Shown one piece after another: positions 21,474-30,269 of a stretch of DNA of 34,227 nt. Below the pieces are notes generated by a model. That model was not told the origin of the DNA and searched no databases. It saw nothing but the letters and a program-made list of their open reading frames with translations. The stretch is from a virus, in the IMG/VR virus record IMGVR_UViG_3300002461_000302, positions 1 through 34,227 of that record. One strand, written 5' to 3'. The translations under genes and the position numbers were made by a program. How positions within the stretch are numbered: position 1 is the first letter of the stretch; each line of letters begins with the position of its first letter.

Positions 21474-23591
21474 TTATTGCGCTCCGATGGTGATACGGCG
21501 TTTGCCATCGGCGGACATCACCGGGCGGCCGTTGACCATGACATTGAATTTCCCCGGACCGGCATAGGACAGTTCGGCGCCGGGTAGGCTTTTGACAAAC
21601 TGGTCCACCGGCACCGGCACGCCCGCGGCGCGGACAAACTGGTCGGCCGGCTTAGCACCTGGGCCAGCCGCCTGCAGCGCAATATCTGCCGGGCTGATGG
21701 TTTTCAAACGCTTGTCCAGCGTGTCCTCGTCCATGCCCGCAGGAAGGGGCAGGCGCTTGCCGTTGCGCTCGATGATGGTGCCGCCCACCGCCAGCCGCAC
21801 CGCGCGCTGCATGTCGCTTTCTGACAGCTTGCCGCCGTTTTCTGCGGCCATCCCGTGCGCGATGTACAGCGCCGCGTCCCTCACGCCCTCGGTCAGCTGC
21901 TGGGATGGGAAAAGCCCCTCAGTTTCGGCAGTCATGACCCGCTTCCACTGGCTGGCTGTCACGTCCGCCTTTGCCGCGTTCTTGGTGCTGGTGCCGTCCT
22001 TCTGCGCCGCTGCGCCTTTCAGGATCAATTCCGACACAAAGCGGCCTTCGGTGGTCTGGGCGCCGGCTGTGCCAAAGGCCAGCCCCAGCGCGCGGTCCTT
22101 TTCGTTCAGCTGGCGGGCCATGCCGGCGGCGGCCTGCGGGCCCATCGTTGTGGCCAGGGTGGCAATGGCTGCGCTTTTTTCCTTGGGCGCCAGGTTGTCC
22201 AGGATCCGGCGGACGGGCTCGATTTCTTCGGCGGTCAGTGGCGCCACGGGTCCACCGCTCCACTGCCGTGCACGTTCCGCAATGGGCGCGCGCTCCGCCA
22301 GGCTCTTGGTGATGCCTGCAATTGAGCTGGTATCCAGCGGCTTGAAGTCGGCGGCATCGGCGCTGCGCTCCAGGTAGGCGCGCATGGGGTCCCTATCGAT
22401 GTCGGTTTTTGACCCGTTCACGACTTTTTCGATCTGTTCGCGGCGGCGCTGCAGCGCGGGAGAGTTTCCTTCCCTTGCAATCTGCGCCTGCACGGCATCA
22501 AGCGCGGCGCGCTGCGCCTGCACCGGCATGGAAGCCAGGCCGCCGGCCTCCTGCTGCTGCTTGGCCAGCGCCACCACGCCCGCCTGGTACGGCGTGCCGG
22601 CCGTCTGGCTTATTACCTTGTCGATATAGGCCGGATCCATCGCCAGCCCCTTGTCGCTGACGCTTTGGAAGGTCTGAAAGGTGGCCTCGGCCTTTTTCAG
22701 GCTGGCCTCGGCCTGCCGCGCGGCGCGTGCCGCTTGCATTTCCGCGCGCTGGTCCAGCGAAAACTTGTAGGCGCTGGTGCGGTCCATCAAAACGGCTTTT
22801 TTCTGGGGGTCCAGGCCGTCCATCTTGCTGATTGCCTGCTCCACCGCGTCCAGCTGGCCGCGATTGTTGCGCGCGCCGCTGACCATTTCGTAAGCGCGCG
22901 TGTAATTCACGGTTTCTCGGAAGCCCTGCACCTCTTTTTCCACCTTTTCCGGACTCCAACCGGCCGCCGGGCCCGCTGTGCGCGCTGTCTGCTCCCACTG
23001 CTTGGTGGCGGCCTCGATGTCGGTGCCTGCAAAACGCTGCATTGATTCTTTGTAGCCCAGCAGCCCCGCATCCGCTTCCTGCTGATCGCGTTTTCGGATG
23101 GTGTCCTCGAGACGGTTGTTCAGTTGCCCGTTGAGCCCCTGCATTTGTGCAGTCACCAGCGGCGCCAGGTCGGCGGGCAAAGCCTGCGTTTTCTCGGTCA
23201 GGACCTTAGCGCTGCCCTCTGTCCACAGTTTGCGTGCATCGTCCTTTTTGATCGCGCCGGTGGACAGCTTGGAAGTGATGTCATCGTTCAGGTCAGCCAG
23301 GCCGGTCTGAATCCCCGCGTGTGCGGTCAGCTGCTGGATTTGCTCGGCCCGCGCCGCCTGCTTTTGGGCCTCCTGCTTTTTCTCGGCCTCTACTTTCAGC
23401 CGCGCGCGTTCGATTTCGGCCAGCCCATTGTCGGCAATGGCGGACGCGGTGCCACCCAGGCGCATCCCTGCAGCCCCCAGCCCGCCGTCGTCAACCGGGC
23501 GGGCCGATGCTATCGGCGTAAGCGATGGCGTTTGAGTGCGCGCCGTTTGCGGAACCAGCTGACCGCCGTCCCCCATTGGAATTTTTGCCAT
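21474..23591 (-). CDS. Internal virion protein (T7 gp15-like position and size)
   Basis: 705 aa. Long helical Ala/Gln/Lys-rich protein between the gp14-like and gp16-position genes. Confidence 0.55.
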   Translation of the reverse strand: MAKIPMGDGGQLVPQTARTQTPSLTPIASARPVDDGGLGAAGMRLGGTASAIADNGLAEIERARLKVEAEKKQEAQKQAARAEQIQQLTAHAGIQTGLADLNDDITSKLSTGAIKKDDARKLWTEGSAKVLTEKTQALPADLAPLVTAQMQGLNGQLNNRLEDTIRKRDQQEADAGLLGYKESMQRFAGTDIEAATKQWEQTARTAGPAAGWSPEKVEKEVQGFRETVNYTRAYEMVSGARNNRGQLDAVEQAISKMDGLDPQKKAVLMDRTSAYKFSLDQRAEMQAARAARQAEASLKKAEATFQTFQSVSDKGLAMDPAYIDKVISQTAGTPYQAGVVALAKQQQEAGGLASMPVQAQRAALDAVQAQIAREGNSPALQRRREQIEKVVNGSKTDIDRDPMRAYLERSADAADFKPLDTSSIAGITKSLAERAPIAERARQWSGGPVAPLTAEEIEPVRRILDNLAPKEKSAAIATLATTMGPQAAAGMARQLNEKDRALGLAFGTAGAQTTEGRFVSELILKGAAAQKDGTSTKNAAKADVTASQWKRVMTAETEGLFPSQQLTEGVRDAALYIAHGMAAENGGKLSESDMQRAVRLAVGGTIIERNGKRLPLPAGMDEDTLDKRLKTISPADIALQAAGPGAKPADQFVRAAGVPVPVDQFVKSLPGAELSYAGPGKFNVMVNGRPVMSADGKRRITIGAQ

Positions 23592-24217
23592 CAGTCACCA
23601 CTCCCTAGATTGCCGGTTGTGTAGCGCGACAGCGGGTTCGCGGCCGTCGAGGACCAGCCGCCGTATGCCTGGGATCCGAACTTGAGCGCAGAGCCTGCCG
23701 CAGTCACATAGCCCGCGGCTTTTGCGTTCTTGCCGGACGCCTGGGCGGCGGCGCCGTTCTGCCGCGCGTTGGCTGCGGCGGTGTCGGCTGATATGGATGC
23801 GCCCTGACCCTGGGCGATGATCTGGCGCGCCCGGGTGTTGCCGGACAGGATCGTCGTGAGTGCGTCGTTTTCCCCGTCGCGCATGATTTCAAAGTTGATA
23901 AGTTCGGCTGTGCCGTCGCTGACCGATGTCCCGCTGGCCGCGGTGGCCGCCACTGCTGCAGAGCGCTGGCGCTTGGTGGCCTTCCGGATCTGGTCCGCCT
24001 GCAGCGCCGCCTCACCTTGGGCGGTGGCAGCATCGGCTTCGGCCTGGGCTTTCTGATAGTTGCCGATGGCGATAGACTGCTGCGCCTGGTTCTCGTTGAC
24101 GGCCGCAATGCGGTTGCCCTCGGCCTCGGCCTGCTTGCCCTGCTGGACGGCGCTGTAAGCGGTGGTAGCTGCGCCGGCCGCTGCCAGCCCCAGCATGATC
24201 GTGGTCGGTTCGCACAT
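23591..24217 (-). CDS. Internal virion protein (T7 gp14-like)
   Basis: 208 aa. N-terminal hydrophobic segment (TTIMLGLAAAGAATTAY), then an Ala/Gln-rich helix. Size and position match gp14. Confidence 0.55.
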   Translation of the reverse strand: MCEPTTIMLGLAAAGAATTAYSAVQQGKQAEAEGNRIAAVNENQAQQSIAIGNYQKAQAEADAATAQGEAALQADQIRKATKRQRSAAVAATAASGTSVSDGTAELINFEIMRDGENDALTTILSGNTRARQIIAQGQGASISADTAAANARQNGAAAQASGKNAKAAGYVTAAGSALKFGSQAYGGWSSTAANPLSRYTTGNLGSGD

Positions 24218-24220
24218 GGC

Positions 24221-24685
24221 TTATCCCCTCTTCCAAAACATCAAAAATTGCTCATCGTTCCCGCATGGGACGGTGCCGATGGTGAAACCCAGCCAGCGCA
24301 ACCACTGGATGGAAACCACGTTTTCCCGGTGCACCTGGTTGTGCAGGTATTCATATTCCTTGTGCATGTCCGCCACCTGGGCGTGGCATTGCCGCACCAG
24401 GCGGCGGGCCACCGGCATGGCGTCATCGGTGGCCAGCAGCCACGGCACGCCCCAGCCCGCCTCGTGCGATGGAGTCACGCCGAAAATCACTGCCGGCACG
24501 TCGTCAATCTCTGCTGTGCGGGACCAGACCGACCAGCCGCGGCTGGCTTCGACCAGGGCGGCAGGCGCTTCCCCGGGGTTGGACAGGCTCAATTCCTTGA
24601 TGTCGGCCGCGCGCAGGTTCGCGCCGATGTGCGCGGCGTCCTCTGCGGTGGCTGGGCGGAAAGTGATGTTTGGCATGTCAGTCAT
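24221..24685 (-). CDS. Internal virion protein A (T7 gp13-like, GNAT-like fold family)
   Basis: 154 aa. The pattern FRPATAEDA...GVPWLLATD...SIQWLRWLGF resembles the gp13/DUF2833-type family as I recall it. Follows tubular protein B. Confidence 0.55.
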   Translation of the reverse strand: MTDMPNITFRPATAEDAAHIGANLRAADIKELSLSNPGEAPAALVEASRGWSVWSRTAEIDDVPAVIFGVTPSHEAGWGVPWLLATDDAMPVARRLVRQCHAQVADMHKEYEYLHNQVHRENVVSIQWLRWLGFTIGTVPCGNDEQFLMFWKRG

Positions 24686-26834
24686 TCACCGTGCATTTGC
24701 GAATCACGGCCAGGACGTGGAAGGCCACGGGCTCCGGCTGGCTGATGGTCAGTTCGTTAAAATAAAGCTGGTCGGATAGGGTTGTCTCGCGCAGGTCGCC
24801 GCTGCCGACTGCGGGCGGCAGGTCCAGCAGCTCGGCATTCATGCGGCGGAAGTCTTTGGCGATGCCATTGATGACCGCGCCCACCGTGTCCAGCACGCGG
24901 ACAATGACTTCGGATACGCTGATGGCTGCGCCCTGCGACGTGCCGGCGATGTTGCCGATCTCGGGGTTTTTCAACGTCATCAACGGCGTGTAGCCCAGCC
25001 CGACCTCCACGGTGTTGGCTGTACGGGCCAGCTCAATGGTTCCGCCGGTGACTACCTGCTCGCCCTGGTAAACGTCATCGGCCAGGACCTTGACGGTTTT
25101 GCCCTCCAGGTGGTCAAAACCGGTCCATGTGGCTTTTGCTGTGCCGTCCGTGTCGGTCTTGGCGCAGTCGGTTTTAAGCGTCGGGTCGAAATACTCGATG
25201 TAGCGTTTGACGTTGCCGCCGATGGTGCGCTGCGTGATGGTCCAGGTCTGCTCGGACGCGGCCGTCGGAATGGCTGCGCAGTACTCATATAGGCCTTGGG
25301 TGGTCCAGCGGCCCCATGCGTTGACTTCCTGCTCTGTTTCGTAGGTCGAAACCGCCAGCACGCCATCCGCGCGGACGCATGTCAGCTGTGCATCGGGCTC
25401 CTGCTGGAAGCACATATCCACAATGCCGGATTCGGTGATGTGTTCAGAGAAAACCGTCCGGTCAGGGGAATCAAACCCGTCGATGTCGTACCGGTAGCCG
25501 CATGCCCGGATCTTCCGGCCCGCCCGTTGCACAAAAAGAATCTCATTACCGACCTTGACCGGCCGCACAAAGTTGGCGCCAGCGTTCGATTCGTCGTTTT
25601 TCTGGAAATTGGTAGGGGAAAGGGCTTTCTCAACGCCTCCGCGGACGCTCATTTCATTGGATGACGTGTGCACCATGAGCCGGCGGGCCTGTGAAAGGTG
25701 CTGAATCGGGGCAATTTCGGAGGTTGCGAGCTCGCGCGAGAAAGCGGCATCGTCTGCGGTCCCGATTTCAAAGTCCAGAACATCGCCGATACGGCTGCAA
25801 GCCAGTGTTTGAGGGTGGCCAGGGGATCCTGCCAGCAGTAGGCGCTGCTCATAAAGCGCCACGGCGCGCGGGTAGCCGTTGGCGCCTCCCCAGATTGACC
25901 GGTTCAGGGTCCATGAGTTTGCAATCGCTGGCGTGACACTGGTCAGGACCTGCTGCACGGTGCCGTTCACCACGGTGCTACTCGAATAGCCGGTGATTTT
26001 TATCAGTCCGCCGTTGACCTTGATGTATTTGCCGACTTCGCCGGTAGCGCGCCAGCCGGCGGCGCCCAGGGTGGCGGTGACAGCAGCCCCGACAGGACCC
26101 ACAACGGACGCGGTGCACGTCGTTTGTGGGGTGCCCGTGATGGTCCAGTCTCCGGATGCAATGCTGGTGCCTGGGAATGCGCTTTTAATCTCGCAGGTCA
26201 CGGTGTTGACATCGGTGTAACCCGTGATGGTCGCCAGGCCGGAGCCTGAAACGATGTCGCGCCCCACGTCTGCAGCCAGAAAGCCGGCAGTGGCGCCGAA
26301 GGACCGGCCGGTGCCGACCGTGGCCGCGGAAAGGGTCAGCGCCAGGGCCGGACTCACGCCCAATTCATCGAAAGGTTCGACCGTGAACGGCGCAGTCAGC
26401 AAGCGCCAGTTGTCATCACCGAAGCGCTGCAGGCGCTGGACAGGAACCTCGGGGTGCACCAGAAACATTGTGTCGGCGCCCTGGACGAAACCGATGTCGT
26501 CCAGCATGTCCTCGGTGTAGGACGTGACAATCTCGAAGGATCCGACCCGCACGCCATCCTTGAAAACGCGCATGTACAGGTCCCCGACCTCGAGCATGTA
26601 GGCCTGGTCCCGGTTGTATTTGAACGTGATAAGTCGGGTCCATTTGTCGCTGAATTTGACCTCTGCAACCCAGCGTGAGCCCGGCCGGCGGCGCGCGCCA
26701 CCTTGCACCAGGTATTGCAGGTTTTCCCCAACCTTGAGCCCGTTGCCGTATTTGGCAATATCCACGCGACTGCCCACACGGGGGGACAGCTCCCCGGCCG
26801 TGAAGTTGGTTTGAATGGGGATGGCCTTGCCCAT
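24678..26834 (-). CDS. Tail tubular protein B (T7 gp12-like)
   Basis: 718 aa. Hallmark N-terminus IQTNFTAGELSPRVGSRVDIAKYGNG...GGARRRPG. Confidence 0.8.
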   Translation of the reverse strand: MGKAIPIQTNFTAGELSPRVGSRVDIAKYGNGLKVGENLQYLVQGGARRRPGSRWVAEVKFSDKWTRLITFKYNRDQAYMLEVGDLYMRVFKDGVRVGSFEIVTSYTEDMLDDIGFVQGADTMFLVHPEVPVQRLQRFGDDNWRLLTAPFTVEPFDELGVSPALALTLSAATVGTGRSFGATAGFLAADVGRDIVSGSGLATITGYTDVNTVTCEIKSAFPGTSIASGDWTITGTPQTTCTASVVGPVGAAVTATLGAAGWRATGEVGKYIKVNGGLIKITGYSSSTVVNGTVQQVLTSVTPAIANSWTLNRSIWGGANGYPRAVALYEQRLLLAGSPGHPQTLACSRIGDVLDFEIGTADDAAFSRELATSEIAPIQHLSQARRLMVHTSSNEMSVRGGVEKALSPTNFQKNDESNAGANFVRPVKVGNEILFVQRAGRKIRACGYRYDIDGFDSPDRTVFSEHITESGIVDMCFQQEPDAQLTCVRADGVLAVSTYETEQEVNAWGRWTTQGLYEYCAAIPTAASEQTWTITQRTIGGNVKRYIEYFDPTLKTDCAKTDTDGTAKATWTGFDHLEGKTVKVLADDVYQGEQVVTGGTIELARTANTVEVGLGYTPLMTLKNPEIGNIAGTSQGAAISVSEVIVRVLDTVGAVINGIAKDFRRMNAELLDLPPAVGSGDLRETTLSDQLYFNELTISQPEPVAFHVLAVIRKCTVND

Positions 26835-27403
26835 CAGTACCGCCCGGCTAGCAGAGGGAATTCATCGCCGAAGGTATCGCTTGGGTTTTCCTGCCCGTCG
26901 ATTGCCTGGGCTTCGCGTAACGTCTTGGTGGCGGTGTCCAGCAGCGAATCCCGAAGGCTGGTGCTCTGGCATATCGGGTAAGCCAGGACGGCCGCCATCA
27001 TGGCCGTGGCAGTCTCCACCAGGCCGGCGTCCCAATTGTCCTCAACCTCATTGCGCCACACGTACCGCAGCGGCAGCGCGGTCGCGTTGGCCAGGATCAT
27101 GCGGCCTTCGAGCTGGAAGTCCGCCACAAAGGAACCGGGCTTGCCGACCTCAATCAATCGCAGGAAGTCAGACGGCAGCGGGAACTGTGCGGTGTAGCCG
27201 TAGGCTGGTGCCTCCGCGTCAGGGGACAGCAGCACGCGCTTGATCGCGCAATTCCAGAAGTGTTTACGCAGGAGGGAATCACGCACCTGGGGGTAAAGGT
27301 TGGCGCTGTACCGCGCCCGGTCGTTGTCCTCCTGCAGGCTGGCAATCGGCGACTTGCCCAGCATCATCAAGGCGTTTGAACAAATCGATACTGCGGTGGT
27401 CAT
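26834..27403 (-). CDS. Tail tubular protein A (T7 gp11-like)
   Basis: 189 aa from the ATG at 27403 (AAGGAA RBS). N-terminal pattern VSICSNALMMLG...SLQEDNDRARYSANLYPQVRDSLLRKHFWNCA. The track's TTG start at 27439 lies inside the terminator hairpin. Confidence 0.75.
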   Translation of the reverse strand: MTTAVSICSNALMMLGKSPIASLQEDNDRARYSANLYPQVRDSLLRKHFWNCAIKRVLLSPDAEAPAYGYTAQFPLPSDFLRLIEVGKPGSFVADFQLEGRMILANATALPLRYVWRNEVEDNWDAGLVETATAMMAAVLAYPICQSTSLRDSLLDTATKTLREAQAIDGQENPSDTFGDEFPLLAGRY

Positions 27404-27417
27404 GGTTCCGGTTCCTT

Positions 27418-27449
27418 CAAACAAAAACGGGGAGCCCAAAGGCCCCCCG
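27418..27449 (-). terminator. Rho-independent terminator after the capsid/decoration genes
   Basis: Minus-strand RNA: an 8-9 bp GC stem (GGGGGGCC/GGCUCCCC with one G-U), a UUUG loop, then GUUUUUGUUUG. The plus-strand version has an A-C mismatch and no U-run. Confidence 0.7.
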
Positions 27450-27496
27450 TGTCAATGCGCCACCGCGTTGGAGACAGTCACGCGCTGGCAACTGCC

Positions 27497-27955
27497 TTAC
27501 GGTGCAACGTACTGGATTTCAACGCGGATTGCGGCGTTTGCTGTTGGCGTGGCGCCGGCAAATGTCCCGTAAATTTCGCAGTCCTGGGGCAGCACGTAGT
27601 ACTGGCCTGCCGTTACCTTGGTGCCGGTGAAAATCTGCGCCGTGGCCGCGCTGGTGATTGCGGTCGCGGCCATGATTGCGGTTGCATCCACTGCCACCTT
27701 TGTGGTGGCGTCGCGCAGGCCCAGGGCCAGGGTCAGCGATGCCGTGTTAGCGGCATTGGAAAGAACCATGTCGGTCAGCAGGCGCGAGCCTTTGGGCATC
27801 ACCATGCCAGTACCGAAGGTGTCACCGTTCGCGGCCGTGTAGGTGGCCGGCGTGTCGATGATGATTGCGCGCACACGGTTGTGCGCGGCAGATTGCATTT
27901 TGTTGCCGGCAGCAATTGCTACGGCGCTGCGGGTAACTGTTGCGAGTTCAGCCAT
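27497..27955 (-). CDS. Putative capsid decoration / minor head protein (152 aa)
   Basis: Thr/Ala-rich and beta-looking. Lies directly after the major capsid gene and before the terminator. Assigned by position. Confidence 0.4.
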   Translation of the reverse strand: MAELATVTRSAVAIAAGNKMQSAAHNRVRAIIIDTPATYTAANGDTFGTGMVMPKGSRLLTDMVLSNAANTASLTLALGLRDATTKVAVDATAIMAATAITSAATAQIFTGTKVTAGQYYVLPQDCEIYGTFAGATPTANAAIRVEIQYVAP

Positions 27956-27982
27956 GATGTGGGCTCCTGGTGTGTGGTTGCG

Positions 27983-28852
27983 TTAAACGAAGTCGATCTT
28001 CACGACTTTGAGCTCGGACTGGCGGCCGGCGCCGTAGCTGGCAGCCATGGAGGCTTGCGTCAGGTCCTTTTTGTCAGGACGTGGGCTGAGCTTGCCTTCC
28101 TCGTAGCCAATACCGAAGTCAATCGCGGACTTGGTGTAAGCCATCGCGCTGTAAACCGTGCTGACCTTGGTAAAGCGCTGGTAAGGGATCCAGGTGAAAC
28201 CCATCCACTTGCCTTTGAGCGTGCCGGTCTGCAGCATCTGGCCAGCCAGAAAGTCGGCGCTGGTCAGCGTGGTATCGGCCAGGATCTGGCCCAGAGAAAC
28301 ATCGTTGTAGAGCATGAACAGCTCTTCACCGGTTTCCTCGTCGGCCTCGTTGGCGCGGAAAATCTGCTTTGCAGCGATGATCTTCGCCTTGGTGAAACCG
28401 GTTGCACCGTTCACGATGATCTGGCTGGAGGGCAGCGTGTAGCTGGTCAGGCCATCCACGGAGCTGATTGCACCCAGGCCAGCCTCGTAAATCATCTGGT
28501 CGATCTTGCGGTTCTTGGCCGCCATGAGGGACTTCATGTAATGGCCGCCGGTAATCGGGTTCGCCATGACTTTGGCCACGTCGGCGCGGTCCATCGGGAA
28601 GGCCTTGTAAAAATCGCGCATCACGGCATTGCGGGCCGTGTGTTCAATTTCAGAGAAAACCGTGTCGCCGTGGCGCGTGGTGTTCTCGTCCAGGTCGCCA
28701 GCGGTGCCCAGGGCGTTGATGGTGAAGGACGCGCCGACAATGGTGCCGCGGTCGTTGACCGTGCCCATGAGGCGGGAGGTTTGTTGTTGCGCTTCAAGGC
28801 GAAGGGCTGTGTCCCAGGCCTTGACGTGTTGCGTGGTAATCGTATCGGACAT
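27983..28852 (-). CDS. Major capsid protein
   Basis: 289 aa. Strong CAGGAG RBS and a long structured leader. Sits between the scaffold and the terminator. Composition is typical of HK97-fold coat proteins. Family not verified. Confidence 0.7.
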   Translation of the reverse strand: MSDTITTQHVKAWDTALRLEAQQQTSRLMGTVNDRGTIVGASFTINALGTAGDLDENTTRHGDTVFSEIEHTARNAVMRDFYKAFPMDRADVAKVMANPITGGHYMKSLMAAKNRKIDQMIYEAGLGAISSVDGLTSYTLPSSQIIVNGATGFTKAKIIAAKQIFRANEADEETGEELFMLYNDVSLGQILADTTLTSADFLAGQMLQTGTLKGKWMGFTWIPYQRFTKVSTVYSAMAYTKSAIDFGIGYEEGKLSPRPDKKDLTQASMAASYGAGRQSELKVVKIDFV

Positions 28853-29021
28853 GAATAGCTCCTGAAGTTTTGAACTTGGGTTGTTCGCCTTTCAGGGTGT
28901 CCATTGCTGGGCCTGGTTGTGCGCCTCACGCGGCCGGCTGCAGTCGCGTTACACGGGCTCTAACTCGAGGGTGTCCGGTTGCCAGACCGGGCCTATGGGA
29001 AGTAATGTCCCACTGGCCCGG

Positions 29022-29041
29022 TGTTGGAATCCCGACTTTTT
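29022..29041 (-). repeat. Late-region motif copy B
   Basis: Identical 20-mer that starts at the scaffold stop codon. Non-coding, 169 nt upstream of the capsid ATG, and followed by a 12-bp hairpin (28987-29021). Confidence 0.9.
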
Positions 29042-30002
29042 ACGAGGCCTTGCCGCCGTTCACGATGGCTTGCCAGCGCGCGGTGGCTGCGGCGTGTCCA
29101 GGGTGCCGCGGGTTGCGGTATTCCTCGGACTGCTGAATCTTTGCGGCCTCGGCCAGCCCGCCATTGCTGCCGGCGCTGCCGCCAGGATTGACGCTGGTGT
29201 CCTCTTTCAACTGCATCCCGACCACGGCCATGATCTTGTTGAAGGCGGGGATGTTGCCTAGCTGTGTCTCGATTTCCTCGAGGGTCACCCCGGCTTGGGA
29301 TGCCAGCTGCTCGGTGGCACGCCATGCCGCTGCACCGTGCTTGGCATAATCGGCGCCCCAGGTTTCTTGTAGCGCTTTCACCGTGTCCTGCGAATTGAAC
29401 TGCATCCCGGCATTCACCAGGGTGGGAGCCATCTGCAGGAATTCACCGACAGCCATTTCAAATTGGCCCTGTGAAAAGCCAGCCTTGTGCGCCTTCTCGC
29501 GGAAAGCGTTGGCCAGGCCTTCATTGATCGGCATGTCCTTCAAGGCCTCGGGCAGTTCGGGCAGCTTGTAATCGGCTGCGGCCTTGGGCCGGGCGCTGCC
29601 TTCACCCATGCGCTTCTCAAGCGCGGCGTGCGCGTCAGCTACCTTCTTCGCCGATGCCGCCGGGTCGAGTGCGCCCTTGTCGTCTTTGACCTGGTATTTT
29701 TCTGGGATGAATGCCCATGGCGTGGCAGCATCAGCAGCGCCAGCAGCCCCTGCGCCCTCACCGCCAGCAGCTGCCCCGGCGCCAGCGGCAACTGCGCTGC
29801 TACCTGCAGCACTGCCGCCAGTTGGCGCAGGGTTCGCGCCTCCCGCGCCAGCTCCACCAGCACCAGCGCCGCCTGCTCCTGCTGCACCAGCAGCCGCTCC
29901 AGCTCCAGGGTCTGCGCCTGCTCCTGCCGCTGCAGCTCCTGCCGCGCCGCTACCCGCTGCGCCTGGTGTCGCTTCCATGAAAACATGGTGTTTGCCCTTC
30001 AT
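29040..30002 (-). CDS. Scaffolding protein with a ~100-aa Ala/Gly low-complexity N-terminal region
   Basis: 320 aa between portal and capsid. Helical charged C-terminal two-thirds. N-terminal (A/G)n tract. Confidence 0.6.
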   Translation of the reverse strand: MKGKHHVFMEATPGAAGSGAAGAAAAGAGADPGAGAAAGAAGAGGAGAGGAGAGGANPAPTGGSAAGSSAVAAGAGAAAGGEGAGAAGAADAATPWAFIPEKYQVKDDKGALDPAASAKKVADAHAALEKRMGEGSARPKAAADYKLPELPEALKDMPINEGLANAFREKAHKAGFSQGQFEMAVGEFLQMAPTLVNAGMQFNSQDTVKALQETWGADYAKHGAAAWRATEQLASQAGVTLEEIETQLGNIPAFNKIMAVVGMQLKEDTSVNPGGSAGSNGGLAEAAKIQQSEEYRNPRHPGHAAATARWQAIVNGGKAS

Positions 30003-30023
30003 GATGTTGCCTTTCTGGGGTGG

Positions 30024-30269
30024 TTAATCTTGGGGAATCTCTGCGGACAAGGGGGCCGCACCGTTGGCGATGTTGATCTGGCCGACAATGAACTGGACAA
30101 CCTCCTGATTGCCGCAGTTTTTGAAGGTTTTCAGGACGGCATCAATGCCGCCGGTGGTGGTCGCGCCCTTGCTGAACATGGTCAGCAGCTGCTCGAGGAT
30201 GGCCGCGCCGCGATGGTCAACCTCGAAAACTTGCCGGTACAGCTCCGGAGTTACTGGAACGTCCTGCAT
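30024..30269 (-). CDS. Hypothetical 81-aa protein between portal and scaffold
   Basis: The ORF abuts the portal stop. No motif recognised. Confidence 0.5.
   Translation of the reverse strand: MQDVPVTPELYRQVFEVDHRGAAILEQLLTMFSKGATTTGGIDAVLKTFKNCGNQEVVQFIVGQINIANGAAPLSAEIPQD

Noticed and set aside
27449-28858. 469-aa plus-strand ORF opposite the capsid and decoration genes
   Set aside because: Shadow frame of two well-supported minus-strand genes, with Gly/Arg/His/Val-rich composition. It would also read through the minus-strand terminator region.
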